Source: a virus
Taxonomy: Duplodnaviria; Heunggongvirae; Uroviricota; Caudoviricetes
Length of the DNA: 5,726 bases
Direction: 5' to 3' (one strand)
IMG/VR virus record: IMGVR_UViG_2700989507_000005
This document shows positions 5,530-5,726 of the stretch, one piece after another (the stretch's first letter is position 1; each line of letters opens with the position of its first letter). Both the position numbers and the translations under genes were made by a program. The notes beneath the pieces are model-generated. The model had not been told where the DNA came from and made no database searches. It saw nothing but the letters and a program-made list of their open reading frames with translations.

Positions 5530-5726
5530 ATGGGATTGTTTACGACCCGCCAGTTACTCGGTTATACCGAACAAAAAGTGAAATTTCGTGCGCTGTTTCT
5601 GGAGCTGTTTTTCCGCCGTACGGTGAATTTCCATACCGAAGAGGTGATGCTGGACAAAATTACCGGAAAAACGCCGGTGGCGGCCTATGTCTCCCCGGTT
5701 GTTGAAGGAAAAGTGCTGCGTCATCG
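5530..5726 (+). CDS. E: Major capsid protein (gpE-like), N-terminal 65 aa; truncated by the window end
   Basis: ATG at 5530 with AAGGA about 8 nt upstream. My translation: MGLFTTRQLLGYTEQKVKFRALFLELFFRRTVNFHTEEVMLDKITGKTPVAAYVSPVVEGKVLRH, similar to the lambda gpE N-terminus (MSMYTTAQLLAANEQKFKFDPLFLRLFFRESYPFTTEKVYLSQIPGLVNMALYVSPIVSGEVIR). Not in the ORF track because no stop is reached within the window. Confidence 0.85.
   Translation, partial: MGLFTTRQLLGYTEQKVKFRALFLELFFRRTVNFHTEEVMLDKITGKTPVAAYVSPVVEGKVLRH

Noticed and set aside
1-5726. CRISPR arrays, tRNA/rRNA genes, transposase or IS elements, toxin-antitoxin or defence cassettes
   Set aside because: Nothing in the sequence suggests any of these. 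The only short repeats are the cosB-like 11-mers, and the whole window is accounted for by the lambdoid packaging and head gene cluster.

Overview
This window is the left-arm DNA packaging and head morphogenesis module of a lambda-like (lambdoid) phage or prophage, all on the + strand and collinear with phage lambda: cos site, small terminase subunit (Nu1-like), large terminase subunit (gpA-like), gpW-like head-tail joining protein, gpB-like portal (N-terminal part), a run of 77 N, gpC-like prohead protease/scaffold (C-terminal part) with a nested in-frame Nu3-like scaffold start, gpD-like decoration protein, and the start of the gpE-like major capsid protein. Homology statements come from my recollection of the lambda sequences, not from a search. 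I do not see a novel or undescribed system here; this is a canonical, well-studied module. The points worth a second look are: (1) a sharp mosaic joint in the cos region, where lambda-identical cosQ/cosN sequence gives way to a different set of cosB-like repeats (AACCGGACATG), matched by a divergent N-terminal domain in the small terminase subunit; (2) the N-run, which hides roughly 0.7 kb relative to lambda collinearity and makes the ORF track report an artificial 745-aa portal-protease fusion; (3) three to four diverged tandem repeats of about 50 aa in the scaffold domain; (4) a perfect 20-bp palindrome between the D-like and E-like genes.
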